A stretch of 64,000 nucleotides of DNA from Rhizophagus irregularis (GCF_026210795.1 NC_089432.1:1364001-1428000), one strand, 5' to 3'. Shown: positions 1-14,499, numbered from the stretch's first letter. Notes: generated by a model not told the origin, from the letters alone. Program-made: numbers and translations.

Positions 1-2
1 AG

Positions 3-554
3 AATGACGATATCGTAGAACTTAAAAAACAAATCACACATCTAAACACTATTATAAAAGACCTTAGTTCACAAATTAAAGGCCTAGATATTGTCCAAAA
101 AACCCATAATAAAGATATTAAATTATTACAAGAACAAGAACGTCGTCATGCTGAAGACATTGAAAAAATCAGAGTGGAATGTGAGAAAACTAACACAACC
201 ATTACTAAACAGTCAGAGATCATTAGTGACATCCCAGAAATGGCATCAATCCTGAGAAACATTAGCAACTCAGGTATATTAACACGTTACCAACCACAAC
301 AAGAGGCATACGGTACACACAATTACGCTCATCCACCTCACAATTTATACGTCGAGGAACACGTACACCAACAGGAAGAGATCTATAGTGAATACGAGGA
401 TTCCAATAATGGCTACGAATCTTCTGATACAATTAATACCCGCATATTTCCTGATGATGATAACTATACACCATCACACCCCACATCATCTTCATTCCCT
501 TCTATAACATCAAGAGTAGGTGGTTTCCTCGGTCTCCATCAGAGACAACAATAA
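3..554 (+). CDS. LINE ORF1, C-terminal part (coiled coil plus low-complexity tail), 5' partial
   Basis: Frame is open from base 3 (NDDIVELKKQITHLNTIIKDLSSQIKGLD..., heptad pattern) to TAA at 552-554, directly upstream of ORF2. Confidence 0.75.
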   Translation, partial: NDDIVELKKQITHLNTIIKDLSSQIKGLDIVQKTHNKDIKLLQEQERRHAEDIEKIRVECEKTNTTITKQSEIISDIPEMASILRNISNSGILTRYQPQQEAYGTHNYAHPPHNLYVEEHVHQQEEIYSEYEDSNNGYESSDTINTRIFPDDDNYTPSHPTSSSFPSITSRVGGFLGLHQRQQ

Positions 555-609
555 TCATTGATTATTGTCTTATACACAAGTATTATCTCTCAACTATCAG
601 GGTGGACTA

Positions 610-3600
610 ATGATGAACAACAGTAATAATAAACACACTTCTGGCGTCGAAAACCAGAAATTTTCTCCCTTTTCTAAAATTAAACATCTTATTTCTTCAA
701 AAAATCCTTTTAAAAATACTAAAAAAACTTCAAAATCACAAAATCAAAAAAATAACATTAATAATATAGACAATATTGATACCCCACAAATTGCACAACA
801 TTCTTATCCCACTTTAATTTTCGCTACCCATAACATTCAAGGTTCTCTTAATCAAAAAAGAGACAGTTTATTATTATATATGATGGAACACGACATCGAC
901 TGTCTCTTCGTTTGCGAAACCAATATTGTAGACCCAAACTTTTCACCTACACTTAAAACTGCGTGGCAAAAAATTATAGCACCAATATATAATAATTCTA
1001 ATAATATATTTTATTTTATTAACAATCCAGATCTGGAACACAGAGGTTCAGGTAGTACTTTCATACTGACAGAGAAATTACATAGACATTTACAAACAAC
1101 AAAGATATTGGACCATGGTCGTTGTATAAAGATCACGCTTAATTTTAAAAATCACAAAATATTCAACATTTATGGAATTTATTTACCAAGTGGTAAAGAT
1201 AAGTCAAATGAACACATCAAAAAAACGAGACTTAATAATATCTGCAAAATTCTTTTCGATGATATAACTAAAACAAAATCACGTGACCACACTTATACCG
1301 CGATAATGGGGGATTTTAATATTAATTATTCCAAAGAGATCCTTAAAAAAGGAAAATCAATTTCATATATTGACGCCATGGACAAAATCAAACACAACAA
1401 ACTAGAACAATGGATGTGTTATAAAATATTAAAACTATTAAATTTTACCAATATAGCGACAACCTTCAAAAAAGAATCGGAGAAAACATGGTTCTCTTCT
1501 TGTAATAGTTCCGCTTCCTCGACTACTGTTGATTATATCTGGGCATCTAATAATCTTAATGACATTATCATTGACTTTAATTTAACAAGAACAACTTACT
1601 CTTCAGACCACGCCATGTTGATGTTCACTTTTGAACATCCAAACAATTCTTTTGTTAACTTAAAGAATTTCAATAAGTCACGTGATACAGGAAAATCCTT
1701 CAACAACAGATATAACCTTAATAGCATTCAAAAAGAGGACTGGGTCACATTTAATAATATTGTTAATGAAAAACTCATAAGGTTGCAGGATATACCAAAT
1801 TATTCAACCAAAACTCAAGTATCAGCAGCTATGAATACTTTCAATTCCATCATCATAGACTCTTTGAACGAAATGAAGGTCGCAAAAATTAAAGTAACCC
1901 CAAGGCGCAATAATTTACCACTGGCTTTACGTAAAAAATATAATCATATTCACCAACTCAACTCTATACAAGCTACAGTAAAAGAAGCATTATATATAGA
2001 ATCAGATCAATTTAAATTAGAAATTCCCTCCAGTGCTGAACAACGTAAAGGACTGAAAAATAATTTTGACCGCCATTGGAGATGAAAATCAAATTGGCTT
2101 ATCAAATTATTTCGCCAATATAATGTACGAAATGGGATTGCACTATATAGTCAAACTTTAAATTCGGTCGAAGAGTTAGAGAGTGTCCATATCAATATTG
2201 TTAATCTAATCGATCATGTCAACAATGAAATCGTCAAAGAACGAAACGCTTGGGATGTCCAGCAAATTGAATATTTCATTAATAGACGAAACGAAGACTT
2301 AAAAACTAATCAGAAAAGAGCATTAAATTCTATTTTAGAAAGAAATTCCAGAAAGATTATCCTTGATCGTCTTAAATTTTATGAAAATGGCGATCTTCAA
2401 TATACGACAGACCATCAGATCATTAACGAGAAAGTTAACTCACACTTTCAAAATATAGGCTCCTCAGACACATCACCTAATGTATACAATCCTTTAATAG
2501 AAATGCCACATCCCTGGCGTTCCGTTTACTCACCAAAGACAATCGATGATCCGGACGCCATTAAAAAACTCATAGATCCAATTACCGTTGATGAACTTCA
2601 ATTAATGATCAAAACGTTACCAAATCATAAAGCTCCAGGACCTTCAGGCATATCATATGAATTGATAAAAAAATTACCATCATCGTTCTTGAAAGAACTT
2701 GTAGACTTTTATAATCACATACTTTCTACTGGTATCTTACCGGATTCATGGCAAGATGCACTTTTATATCCAATCCCAAAACCAACTTGGTGGGATAATG
2801 ATATTAAACATACACATCCTATCGTTTTATTAGACACCTTTAGAAAATTACTTGTGAAAATTATTAACGCAAGTCTTAATTATTACTTAAGTTCAAATAA
2901 GATTCTACAACCTAACAATAGAGCAGGTACTCAAGGATCATCCTGTATGGAAATCATTTTCACGATTCAAAGCGCTATTACTGCGGCTAAACAACTCAAC
3001 AAAAAGCTTTATATCATGATTCAAGATCTCTCAAAGGCTTATGACCGGGTTAATATTCCTTTACTAAGACGCGCCCTTTTACGTATATGTATACCTGAAA
3101 ATCTAATAGACTTCATTATTAATCTCTTTACTGATCGAAAGAATTCCGTACTTTTTGAAAACTTTATTGGAGACCAATATGACGTACTTAATGGTATAGA
3201 TCAAGGCGAATCTATTTGTCCGCTCTTATGGGTCATTTATTATGATCCCATGTTTCAATTAATTAATGAAACGACAGATAAGGAATACATGGGTATAGAA
3301 TTTGAGACTTCGTTGCCTAGAAATATTCATCGTTTTGATATAGATGATCGGCATATTGAAAAATTTTCAGCAAAGGTTCTGGGATATTTAGACGATACCA
3401 CATGGTTAACTAGTGACCTTAATTGTCTACAAAAGAATTTGGAAATTGCAGATAGTTTTTATCAATTAGCCAACATTAAAATTAATAAGGACAAGACGGT
3501 AATTTTATCCAACGATAAAAAAGAACGATCGGATATTATCAACATTTCCTTTGGTAATGACTCAATTAATGTGAAATTACAACCAATGGGTAAAGGTACA

Positions 3601-6504
3601 CGCATTCTTGGAGTTCACTTACATGCTGATGGAACCAACGCCACCACTCTTTCAAAAATTAATAGCATGGTTAATTATACATCATTCCTTATTAGACGGA
3701 AAAAACTCACTCATGATCACGTGATCTATGTTATTAACAAAGTGATCATTCCACGGATAGAATATTTATCCCAACATATTTTTCTTCCAGCTTCTTATTG
3801 TGCAAAACTTAACTCACGATTACGCTCTTTATTCAAAAATTCCTTACAATTACCACGTAACACTTATAATTCAGTTATCCATAGTAGGATTTACCCTCAC
3901 ATTGTGAATATCTTCGACAATCAACTAAAAGCACAATCAGCGTTATTTTTCGCACAAGCTAACTGTCCATATACCAGTGATATTATTAAATTTCTTTTAT
4001 TATTAACACAACAAAAATATAATTTACCTTTTAATCCATTTGATTTTTTTACTTTATTTGATTCCCCATTACGACGTTTCACTAGATTAGAAAGTTTATT
4101 TGTTTTTTTTAAATTTTATAATATTTCGGTAACTTCCCATTTTAATTTTAAGGTTAGAGGTGGTGTGTACCCTATTTCTCACTATGTGATTGATCAATCG
4201 TTCTTATATAGTCATTTGATGAGCTTACGTACTAAAGGTATTATGTTCTTGGATCAGATAATCACTGAAGAGTCAGCTTATTTAAAGGATTACAAAGATA
4301 TTAAAAAATCTCTGCAATGCAAAAAGGGTAGAATTCCGAGATGGTATACCTTTCTTAAGGATAATTTAACGATAAATAGCAATAATAGATTGAATATTGA
4401 ACTAGATCAACCTATAATGAAAAGTCATAATGTGGAACGTCTCAAACCACCTAATATATCACGCGATGCTTTTCATCACAAAGGACCTAGTAAATGGGTT
4501 ATAACCTGGTCACCTAATATCATTGACGTTGTATATGGAAAAGCCATTACTTCTACCAATTTTGAACATAGCGTCCCTCTCTTATATGCTGAACATTGGA
4601 TTAAAGTTCCTCTAAACGCTTCAACTTCAACACCTCGTTCACGTCCAAACATTATCCAACCATGTCCAGGTTGTCAATTACACTTTCCTTATTATATTGG
4701 TGATAACAGAATCTCATGTATCCTAAAAATTCCTTACTCCAAAACTATCCGTGCGTATATCCTACAAAAATCCAATATAGACTTGTACTCTTCCTAGTTA
4801 CCAACCCGTCTACTCAAGATAGCCAAAGTTCTTAAACATAATCATGAATATTATAAGGTCGTAGCGTATAATGATTACTTAATCCGCGGGGGTTTAATAA
4901 CAGCTGATTCTATCCAAGCTGATTCATTAGATAATGCTATTCCCGGAAATCTTAATTACCAACTACTTACAGTTTTAATTAAAGATCGTTTAATTCAAGC
5001 TAATCTATGGAGTTTGGCACAACAAGTTCGTCACTACCCGCTATTTGAATTATATACGGATGGATCCTTTAATAATACCCCTGGTATCAATGAATTTCAC
5101 ATGGGTTATGGTTGGCATATATCTAATATACAAAATCAAGATTTCTCATATTGTGGTTCTATTGAACACTTTCCTTCAGCGACAAAAGCTGAAATCATGG
5201 CCATTTTAACCGCTCTAATTATTTTACCTGGTGGTTCGGACGTCACGATTTTCACTGACTCTCAAGCTGCGATCTCCAATTTCCAGAAATCTGCACATTT
5301 ACAATATGTTTCTCCACGCCGATTCAACAAAATTAATTATATGTCTCTTTGGTCAGCGATTCATCACATTATTAAAAAATTATCGCTTAATGTTAAACTG
5401 ATTAAAGTTAAAGCACATTCATCTTCAGCTGATAATGATAAAGCGGATGTTCTAGCTAAAATGGGTCATTTTAAAACTCCTCCCACGTCAATTACTCTCC
5501 ATGGTATCCCTAATTTAAATATTTCCTTGGAATGGAATAATGAGATCATGATAGATAAAGATATTAGGAAGACGGTTGGCAAAATCATAGATTATAGATG
5601 GTTAGATAACCACATGAATCACAATAATTTATCAGACATATACAAGTTCACACAACGTAATATGATCAATTGGTCGTTGACATCAAAATTTTTTCATCAT
5701 AATTCAAGAGACACATATACCGATGATAAACATAGTAAAGATATTAGTTGGATTATTAAATCATCAACTGGTACGTTACCAACCCTTGACTTTTTAAATC
5801 AGAACTTTCCAAACTTAATCAAAAATGACACCAAGTGTATGCTCTGTAACTCAGCAGAAGAGAGTAACGATCATATTTGGAAATGTCCAACCCTATTACC
5901 ACATATTCGTTCAACTTTCAGACTTCTAGCTGATCAAGCTCAGACGTTCCTTCAAAAATATGCAGATAAATTGAATCTATGTATTACTGATTCTATCAAA
6001 TATTCCAACACTTTTTGTTGGTCCTTTTACAACGACGCACCAATCACGGATAATGCAACCTTACTTTTACGTTCTTATGTATCAGAAGATCTATTCCGTA
6101 CATTTAGAACCCACTTTCTTACACAAGGAGCGACGATTAAGGCCATACTTAAATTTATGGAAACAGCGAGATGCCTAATTAAACGTAATATTTGGAAAGT
6201 TCGATCCGCCACGTGGAAAGATAAAAAACGTAGGTTACAGATAACGAAAAAGAGTTTTAAAAATTATCAACGTGATCCTCGTATGAAGACTACCAGAGCG
6301 CCCAGACGTCATAATATTGGCTATATTTGCCCTCAAACAGTATCGTTATATAATAATTATAACCGTTCTGATCTCATTTTTATTATATTAGCATCTTCAA
6401 ATTTTTTACATAGTAGTGTTTTTTTTAATCAATTAACTTATGATTTATCAGATGATATTTCCTATTATTCTTCTCCTCATTATTCCCGTATTTTAATGGT
6501 TTAG
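610..6504 (+). pseudogene. LINE ORF2 (APE-RT-RNase H-Zn knuckle) with two premature stops
   Basis: Track ORFs 565-2085, 2503-4797 and 5014-6504 share one frame and are separated only by TGA 2083-2085 and TAG 4795-4797. First ATG is at 610. Confidence 0.9.
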
Positions 6505-7901
6505 TTACCTACTGCTAGATTACGTGCTTTTTATATATATATTTTAACTATCTTTATTCGGTCGGGTTTTTAGATAGTATTTCTTATAATCTAGTTAGGG
6601 CCCGATTTATTTGGGCGATGATTCAACATTGTGTTATTTTATAATTGTTTTTATTAGTTTGTATTATGTTCAATGTTTTCTCCTGGCTAGCCTTAAAATA
6701 AAAAAAATAAATAAATAAATATTATAAAAGGAAAAAAAATCAGTTTTTTTTAAAAAAAAATTGAAAAAAATTAGTTTAAAAAAAAAACTATATTAGTAAA
6801 AAAAAATGGTGAAAAAAAATCCGATAAAAAATAAAAAATATTGGAAAAAAAATTCAGTTTTAAGTAAATTTAAATTAAATCTATTCTCATATAAATTTAT
6901 TTTTAAATAAAGATGGTGTTTTTATTCTTTTAATGATTATTTGTTTGAACCATAAAAGAATTTCTCTTGTAATGAGATGTTATTTCTGACCAAAAATTCT
7001 ATTTTTATATTACATAACCGATAACCATCCGGTTTAGTGAAAAAAAAAATATACCTGAATTATTAATTTATATAATTTTCATAATAAATTGAATTTATTT
7101 CTTTTCTAACGAATTTTTCTGACAATCTCATTATATTATTTCATCATTAATATTTTAAGCTTCGAAAAATTTTAACAATTAAAATAAAGTATTCAATTTA
7201 TTTTTGAACTTTTGATGGTATCGTACATCTATCAATATTAAAAAGCCTATCTATCATAAAATTTTAAGATATGATTAAAACGATGCTCTCACATGAAGAA
7301 CGGAATTAATTATCAATTTTTAAATTAGACGAAGGTTTTGAACTATAAAATTTAGCCGATGATGTCATGATGATCCGATTATATAATCCAATTTTCAAAT
7401 TTGATTTGTAGATTATGGCGTAAATAGAAGTAGTATTTCATGTATTCTATTTAGCCATTTTTGTAAAAAATCAACATTAATAAATACGGTAATAAGTTTT
7501 TCACTCTTTCACAAATTTGTAAGTTATAAAATATAATCATAACAGATAAATGAAAAAAAAATGAATTTTAGTTAACTTGGTCTATACCTTAAGTATTAAC
7601 CAAAACCATTTATTATGCGTAAAATGATATAATCAAATGAAATTTCACTAAGAATTTGTAACAATTATCATTGAGCAAAGATACATTGAGCGGAATATTT
7701 GCACTTACTGTATTACAGTTTTATGTTTAAAATCTTTATAAAGTTTTATAATATATACTACATATAGATTTATCAGATTTTATAGTTAAGAATATTCTAT
7801 ATAAATAAAGTATAAATGAAAGAAAAATAGAAGTAAACTAACTTCAATACACGATTTAATATTTAAACTATTTAACTTTAACTTTCACATAAAAAGAAAC
7901 T

Positions 7902-9982
7902 TCATTCAATATTATCTTCACCATCTTGACAAATTTCATTTAGCTCTATAAAAAAAAATAAATAAATTAGATATGGAATATCAATAAAATTACAAATAAT
8001 AATAACTTACCTAATTCACTTAATTGAACATCTAAGCATTCTGAAACTGTATATTATGTATTTATAGTATTTAAATGTTAATAAATTTAAATAAAATAAT
8101 TATAATAATAAAGGGAATACTTACTTGGATTTGCTGATGTTGATTGAGCAGTATAACTAGTATCTATTAAAACATAAAATAACATTAATAATGTAAAATG
8201 AATTATTTGATAAAACAAAATAAAATTTAATTACCTGAACTGAATTGAAAGAATGATAAATCTGAAGAATTTACTGGTTTTGGAAGATTTTTGAAATTTA
8301 AAAGTCTACTAGTATAAATTGCTTGTGGATGCGTTTTGAAGCTTTTGGATTTATCTTCATTTGACCTGTTTTTGAATTTTTCTTCTCTAATTTTATCACA
8401 TTCTTTTATTTGAAAATATAATTCACTTTTTTGACTATTGCTACCATTTTTACTATCTTCGTTTTCATTATCTTCACTATCTTCATTATCTTCAATATCT
8501 TCATCTTCACTATCTTCATTATCTTCAATATCTTCACCATCTTTAACATCTTCACCACCATCTTCACTATCTTCGCCATCTTCATCATCTTCACTATATT
8601 CACTTTCTTCACCATTTTCACTATCTTCAATATCTTTAATTTCATCATTCCATTCATTTAGTGTTTGATACAATTCTTTAGTAGTTGGTCTATTTCTTAT
8701 TTCAGCATCCCAACATTTTACCATCAAATCTGCAAGTAACTTTGGTATGTCTTTAGAAATTGTTGGTCTAAGTCCTTTACATATTTTAATAGCTAAAAAT
8801 TCATTATGAGGAATATCATTAAAAGGAATTTCTTCAGAAAGAAATTCGTTCATTATTATTCCAAATGAGTAAATATCTGCTGCTTTTGTATATTGTTGTC
8901 CACGTAAAACTTCTGGTGCCATATATGGTAATACTCCATAAATTCCTTCTTCTTTAACTGTTTGCTTTATATTTGCTGGTTGACACATTCCTAAATCACT
9001 TATTAATGGATAATAACGATTAAGTAATATATTACCTGAATGAAAATCTTTGTGAACTTTTTCAGCATTATGAATATCTAAAAGTCCTCTTGCAATTTGT
9101 TGTAATTTATCAATTTTTGATTTATAATTTATATAATTTTCAGATTTATTTAAATAATTTCTCAAATTTCCATCATCACAATATTCTATAACCATCATAT
9201 ACTCTTTATTATTTGGATCTTGAGTAATTCCAAAACATTGAACAATATCAAAAAGATAAATCTGAAGATGAGATTTAATCTAATTATCATCAAAAAGGAA
9301 AAATTTTATTAATAAATAAATGCAAATAACAATCTTTATATATAAGACAAAGTAAGTTTAAATTACCTCATTTAAAAAATCAGAACATATATCAGAAGAA
9401 TTATTCAAACTTTTCAATGCATATTTATCAAAATTATCTCTATCCCATATTTGTTTTTCAATATCCCAATATTCAATACTTCCTTCGGGCCATTCAGCTG
9501 AATAAATCTTACCAAAACCACCTTCCGCAATATAAGTGATATTTTGAAATTTTTCAAAAGGTATCCATTCAAGATATTTTGTATAATATACAGCATTAAG
9601 TTGTGATTGCTGTATAAATTCATCAATATCTTTATTTCCACTAGTCCAATTTTTAAAGTTATCTTTAAATCTTTTAGCATTACAAGATTGACACCAATTT
9701 ACTCCAGTGCCAGGTTCTTTACATTCTCCACATATTCCATATGCTTGTTTTCTTTTTTCTAAATCTCCTATATAAACTACTCTTTCATCTACATTTTCTG
9801 ATTCAATAGTTGAATCAATAGTAGGAATTGTAACATGAAGCTTTTAATAGACAAAAAATTATTAATATTTTTAACTACAAAAATTCAATAAAATAATTTT
9901 AATTATTAAAATATTAAATTGCTATTACCTGATATTTATTTTTATCAGTATCCTTCCATAAATTTTTTGGGGTTTCATCCAT
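7902..9982 (-). CDS. Tyrosine-kinase-like protein kinase with N-terminal CxxC-x-CxxC motif and acidic insert (6 exons)
   Basis: GT-AG model: 9982-9929 (MDETPKNLWKDTDKNKYQ), 9840-9367 (CGEC..WCQSC, WTSGN, EGGFGKIY, YALK), 9279-8235 (HKDFHSGN, DLG, YMAPE, DIYSFG), three short 3' exons, TGA at 7904-7902. Confidence 0.88.
8440..8650 (-). repeat. In-frame GAA/GAT-rich low-complexity expansion (E/D/S/N/G) after the kinase domain
   Basis: Translates as DIEDSENGEESEYSEDDEDGEDSEDGGED..., including a duplicated EDIEDNEDSED unit. Confidence 0.85.
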
Positions 9983-11357
9983 ATTAATTGAGCTGTGGAT
10001 TATAATTTTAATTTTAGTTAATATAAATAAATAACTACGTTACTCAAAAATAAATTTCAGAATTATTATGGGAAAAAGAAAAAAATTATGAATTGAACGA
10101 AGTTAAAATAAATTGCGCACATTTGTATTAATTGTATTACTATTTGTACTACTATTGTATACAAAAATTACTATTTTTGTAACAAAGAAAAATTCGTAAG
10201 CAGCAGCTGATCATCATAAAAAATAAATCTAACCCGAAATGGTTAAAATGAAAAATGCGAAGTAAAATTATTTTCGGTAATGTAGATCATATAATTTTTT
10301 TTATTTTGTATTTCAAAAAAATAAATAGCAATAAACCTATAATAGAAAATCATTGCCAAATTATATATCAAAAATAAATTAGTTTGGAATAAACATTTTA
10401 ATTAATATATTTTTAATTAACGAAAATCAAGGTTACAGATTATAGTTTGCATATACAGTAAGCTTTTTTTGTCTTTACGCTAGGAAGATAAATAATAATA
10501 TTGTATGATTGGTTTAAATGAACCTTGTCTAGTAAATATGATAAATGAAGAAATGTAAGGTATTTCATACTATTATCCGTATGGAGAAGATAATATTATG
10601 AAGATGATCAAACATTGAAGGATCGAAATTTTTATTGTATATACGTACAGTAAATCAATAATAATCTTGAAAAGTTTTATTATGCAAGTTTAAATTGAGT
10701 AAATTTTAAAACAAAAAGAAAATTTATTTATCTTTTATCTTAGTAAATGATATTTATTTAATTATGTATTAAGAGATATATTTTTTGAATAGAGTTATAG
10801 AGACTATATTTTCCATATTACCTTTGCACTAATCTTACTAATCTTTGATGAGGAGTAAAAAAATTGAGAATGAATAAAGTGTGAAAATTATGGTCAAGTA
10901 GTAAATAGCTCTTATATTAACAAATCCATTTCTACGATAAAATATTAATAAATGTTTTTAAAAAGGATAATCTAAGTATCTAACGGACTACAGGTTTCAT
11001 GAAGATAAATACATCATATTTTGAATATTGTATTTTTAAGTTCGAAAATTATTATTTATTTTTTATGTATTTAAAAAAATAAATTCATTTTCCTTTGTTG
11101 CTCTTATTACTATTTTAATTAACATTAATATTTTTCTCCTCTAATCCATTTAAATATTATTAACAGTTAACTAAATTAATACTATACTATTATCATTTAA
11201 TATTTATATTTGTTTCTAATGGAGTAAAAGGGAGATTAGTTGTTATGTTAGCTGGCATTTCTGTTTTCTTATCGTTATGGTAGTATGTAAAAAAAAATTA
11301 AGATTTGAAAACACACAAATGCATGTGTACCAAGCCTATAATTATAAAGCATTGTCG

Positions 11358-11550
11358 GACCATTTCCTGAATGCCATTTTCCTGAATATATCTTTTCCCG
11401 AAGTCAATTACCTGAATACTAATTTCCCAAACTGGACCCTTTCTGAAAAATACAATTTCCGAATCCATATTTCCCAAACTCCAATTTCTTGAAATCTATT
11501 TCCCGAATCCTGAATCTCGAATATCTCGAATCCCAATATCCTGAATCCTA
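11358..11550. repeat. Array of ~15-bp TTTCCCGAAT-type motifs, probably a decayed DNA-transposon terminal array
   Basis: About a dozen variants (tttcctgaat, tttcccgaag, tttcccaaac, tttccgaat, tttcccgaat) at roughly 15-bp spacing. Confidence 0.65.
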
Positions 11551-13906
11551 ATAATAACCCAAGCATAAATCAACCGGAAAGAATGATCTAAATTTTAAAT
11601 ACTAAGTCCAAATTTGTTATCATGGAATGAAGAGAGTTGAAAGTGTTTAAGAAAGTTAATCATCAATTCAAATATTAATCATTTTATAAATTGTTCAAGA
11701 AAAATAATGAATAAACTAAGTAAATTTAATTGAATAAATTCCCATCATTTTTATCAAAAATGATTCTCTACAGCAGATGTTTTTTGATATTTATTTTTTT
11801 TTGCATTATTCTTAACAATAATTGAGTATTTTAAATTAAATCTAATACACATTGTAATTTAATTTTCTGGTTATATTTTATGCTTTGAAGTAAATATTTA
11901 ATACAGTAATATAGTTTAGACATAGATAGATAAACTTATAGTAATTATCCAAAATGTAATACTATATACTTCTATTCTTCTATGCAAAGGTCAAAAATGT
12001 TCATTCTGTCCATCCGGCACGTACTCTTAAACAGCACGCACTTCGGACTTAAAACGGTTTCCGTTTCCTAGTTAACATAATTATAAGCGTATGCCGCTGG
12101 ATAGTCGCTGGATCTTGTAATTATACTACAATACAAGATATTTAATAAAGGAAAAAAAATTTCGTAAATTTTTCTGTCGTTCTCTGGTAAGAAATAAAAT
12201 ATTATTTGATAAAAATTTCCAGAAAAATCGTCCAAATTTATGATATGTTAAGCATGATGTGCAGAATATTGGTACTATGTCGTATAATAATTATACCCTC
12301 TATCCATCCACATTAAGGTAATTTTAGCAGGTGTTATACTGTATGATAAAAAAAAGGAATATTATATTTTTAATATCATATTTATTAATTTATGATGAAA
12401 TTTTTTCTTTTGTTGGAAAGCACAACATAAGAAATATATTAACAACGATGTAAAAAAAAAAATAATAAATTTAATAAAAAGAAAATTATAATAATGTACT
12501 GTAGGTTAGAAATTTTAAATAATGAGTATTTAATTTAATGTGAGATTTTATTTAACATCTTACAACATCATACAATAATTCAGGATGTTAATAATGAAAA
12601 ATATGTAAAGATAATCTTAAAGTATTTACACTATATATACTAAGATTTTTTTATGTCCGCCCCTTAAGATATTACATAATATCTGTCACTGCCTTAATAA
12701 AACAAACTTTAGAAACAAAGTATCATGATAATTTTGTCGACCTTGAACGAAGTTTTGCTTCTTTAAAAGAAAATTTTTTCTTTATAATTAAAATCAAAAT
12801 AAAATCTAAAACTTATAAAACATGTGTAGCATGAACATTTAAGAACGCGTAATCTGTGACAAGTTGATGTTATCTGAATAATACGAGTATTTATAAACAC
12901 AAAATCTAAAACTGAGCATGCTTTTATAGAAAATAATAATAGCTAGTGGCGCATTTGTCCTTTTGAAAGTATAAGTTAATATTAAACTAGTCTGATTCAC
13001 TTAAATACCACTATCAGGTGCCAGTATATTCAATACGAATATTCTTATTTTCTTTTTGAAAAAAAAATTTCAAATTAGTTAATGTATATTATTAAATTTT
13101 TTTTTTTTTCACAAAAAAATACATGTACAATTGTACCCCATAAATATCGATAACCTTAAGCTGTAGTACTACTATTTAAATTAATATCTAAATAAGCCGT
13201 TGACTTTGTGGACTGTGGTATGAGTCCAGATTAAATTTTTTCCTTAACCTGCTAATAATAGTAAACGCTTATTTCTTATTTGCCGCATATTAAAAGTTAC
13301 TCAAGTACTACTAAGGTTCAAAACTAAATGATGTATGTATTTGATCATCATTTTAAAAAAAATATTTGCTATTGTTACACCAATTCATGTTAAATACAAG
13401 GTGATAACAGAAAATAAAAGTATAGTTTACGATCAAAAAATAATAGTTTATACGTTTAAAACGAGGGTTTCAAAAATGTGCGTTAATGATCAATACACTG
13501 TAATAATCAATATACTGTTTCACTCAGCGTTTTGTAATAAATCCCAATATTATCAAGAACTAAAAAACAAAATTCTCAACCAAACTTCTCGAAAGAAAAA
13601 ATTTGTTAAACTCAAACTTTTCGAAATAAAAGGTTAAATCCCAAAATAAACTTTACTTTCTCACTAATTTGTCCAGGAGTTGTCCCGCGCAAATAGACTT
13701 ACCTAATCATTATCATCCATCGGTTAACAGTAATTGCAAAATAAATCTAAGCAATGATAACGAAAATCAATCAATGATCAACCTGTTACTGCGACTTTGT
13801 AACGCTATCCCCATATAAAACCATATTTAGAAATGTGTTACAATGATATAATAGCCAATAAGCTTCAAACTTATTAAATCAACTACCACAATAAAGAATT
13901 CAAGCA

Positions 13907-14057
13907 ATGTCAGGACCTATTATACCAATAACAGTTACTGAAAATTCAAATAATGAGTGGACTAATTGGATTGAAGAAGCTATTGCGAAAGATTACTTAA
14001 AATATTACGAATATATACATTTTAGTAATATTGAAGAAATTGGTTCTGGAGGCTTTG
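13907..14057 (+). pseudogene. 5' fragment of a kinase-Sel1 gene, broken in the glycine-rich loop
   Basis: MSGPIIPITVTENSNNEWTNWIEEAIAKDY...EEIGSGGF is nearly identical to exon 1 of the 16628 gene, then switches abruptly to a pyrimidine-rich repeat. Confidence 0.9.
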
Positions 14058-14058
14058 C

Positions 14059-14240
14059 TTTCATTTTATTCCATTCCCATTTCATCTTTTTCGTTCCTTT
14101 ACACTACTCTTCGTTATTTTCATTTTTTTTCCATTCCCACTTCATCTTTTTCGTTCCTTTAATCTACCCTTCGTTATTTTCATTTCTTTTCCATTCCCAC
14201 TTCATCTTTTTCATTTCTTTACACTACCCTTTGTTCCCTT
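14059..14240. repeat. Pyrimidine-rich 60-bp tandem repeat (3 copies), decaying to ~14400
   Basis: ttccattcccayttcatctttttc recurs at 60-bp period (~14069, 14129, 14189). Confidence 0.85.
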
Positions 14241-14499
14241 TCATTTTTTATTCCCCCTTTGCTCCATTTCGTTCCTCCTTCACTCCCCTTCGTTTCTTTC
14301 CTTCCCTTTCACTCTTCCTATTTTTTTTCATTCACCCTCATTCTTTTTTCCCTTTTCATTCACATATTCTCTTTTCTTTATCGTTGTGACTCATTTTTTT
14401 TATCATTCCTATCAAAAAATTTAGTATTTTGGATAGTATGAGTTTGTTTTTTTCAATCAATAAATCATGTAATATATTAAAAATTAATAAATTGTTACA

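Larger units (their letters stand above)
1..6720 (+). mobile_element. Non-LTR retrotransposon (LINE) with RNase H; 5' end lies outside the window
   Basis: End of a coiled-coil ORF1, then one reading frame encoding an APE endonuclease (ATHNIQG, FVCET, MGDFN, VDYIW, SDH), RT (KAPGPSG, QDLSKAYD, GIDQG, YLDD), RNase H (YTDGS, AEIMA, FTDSQ, KVKAH, NDKAD) and a CxxC..H..C knuckle (CMLCNSAEESNDHIWKC). T-rich 3' UTR and A-rich tail at ~6694-6720. Confidence 0.95.

Noticed and set aside
2083..4797. Programmed read-through or an alternative genetic code explaining the LINE stops
   Set aside because: Two different stop codons are involved, and other genes here end normally, including with TGA. Point mutation is simpler.
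8406..8668. Three short overlapping ORFs (MKIVK-, IFTIF- and SSLSS-rich)
   Set aside because: Alternative-frame readings of the acidic repeat in the kinase gene.
14058..14441. Phe-rich membrane-protein-like ORF tails
   Set aside because: They are translations of a pyrimidine-rich tandem repeat that happens to lack stops.
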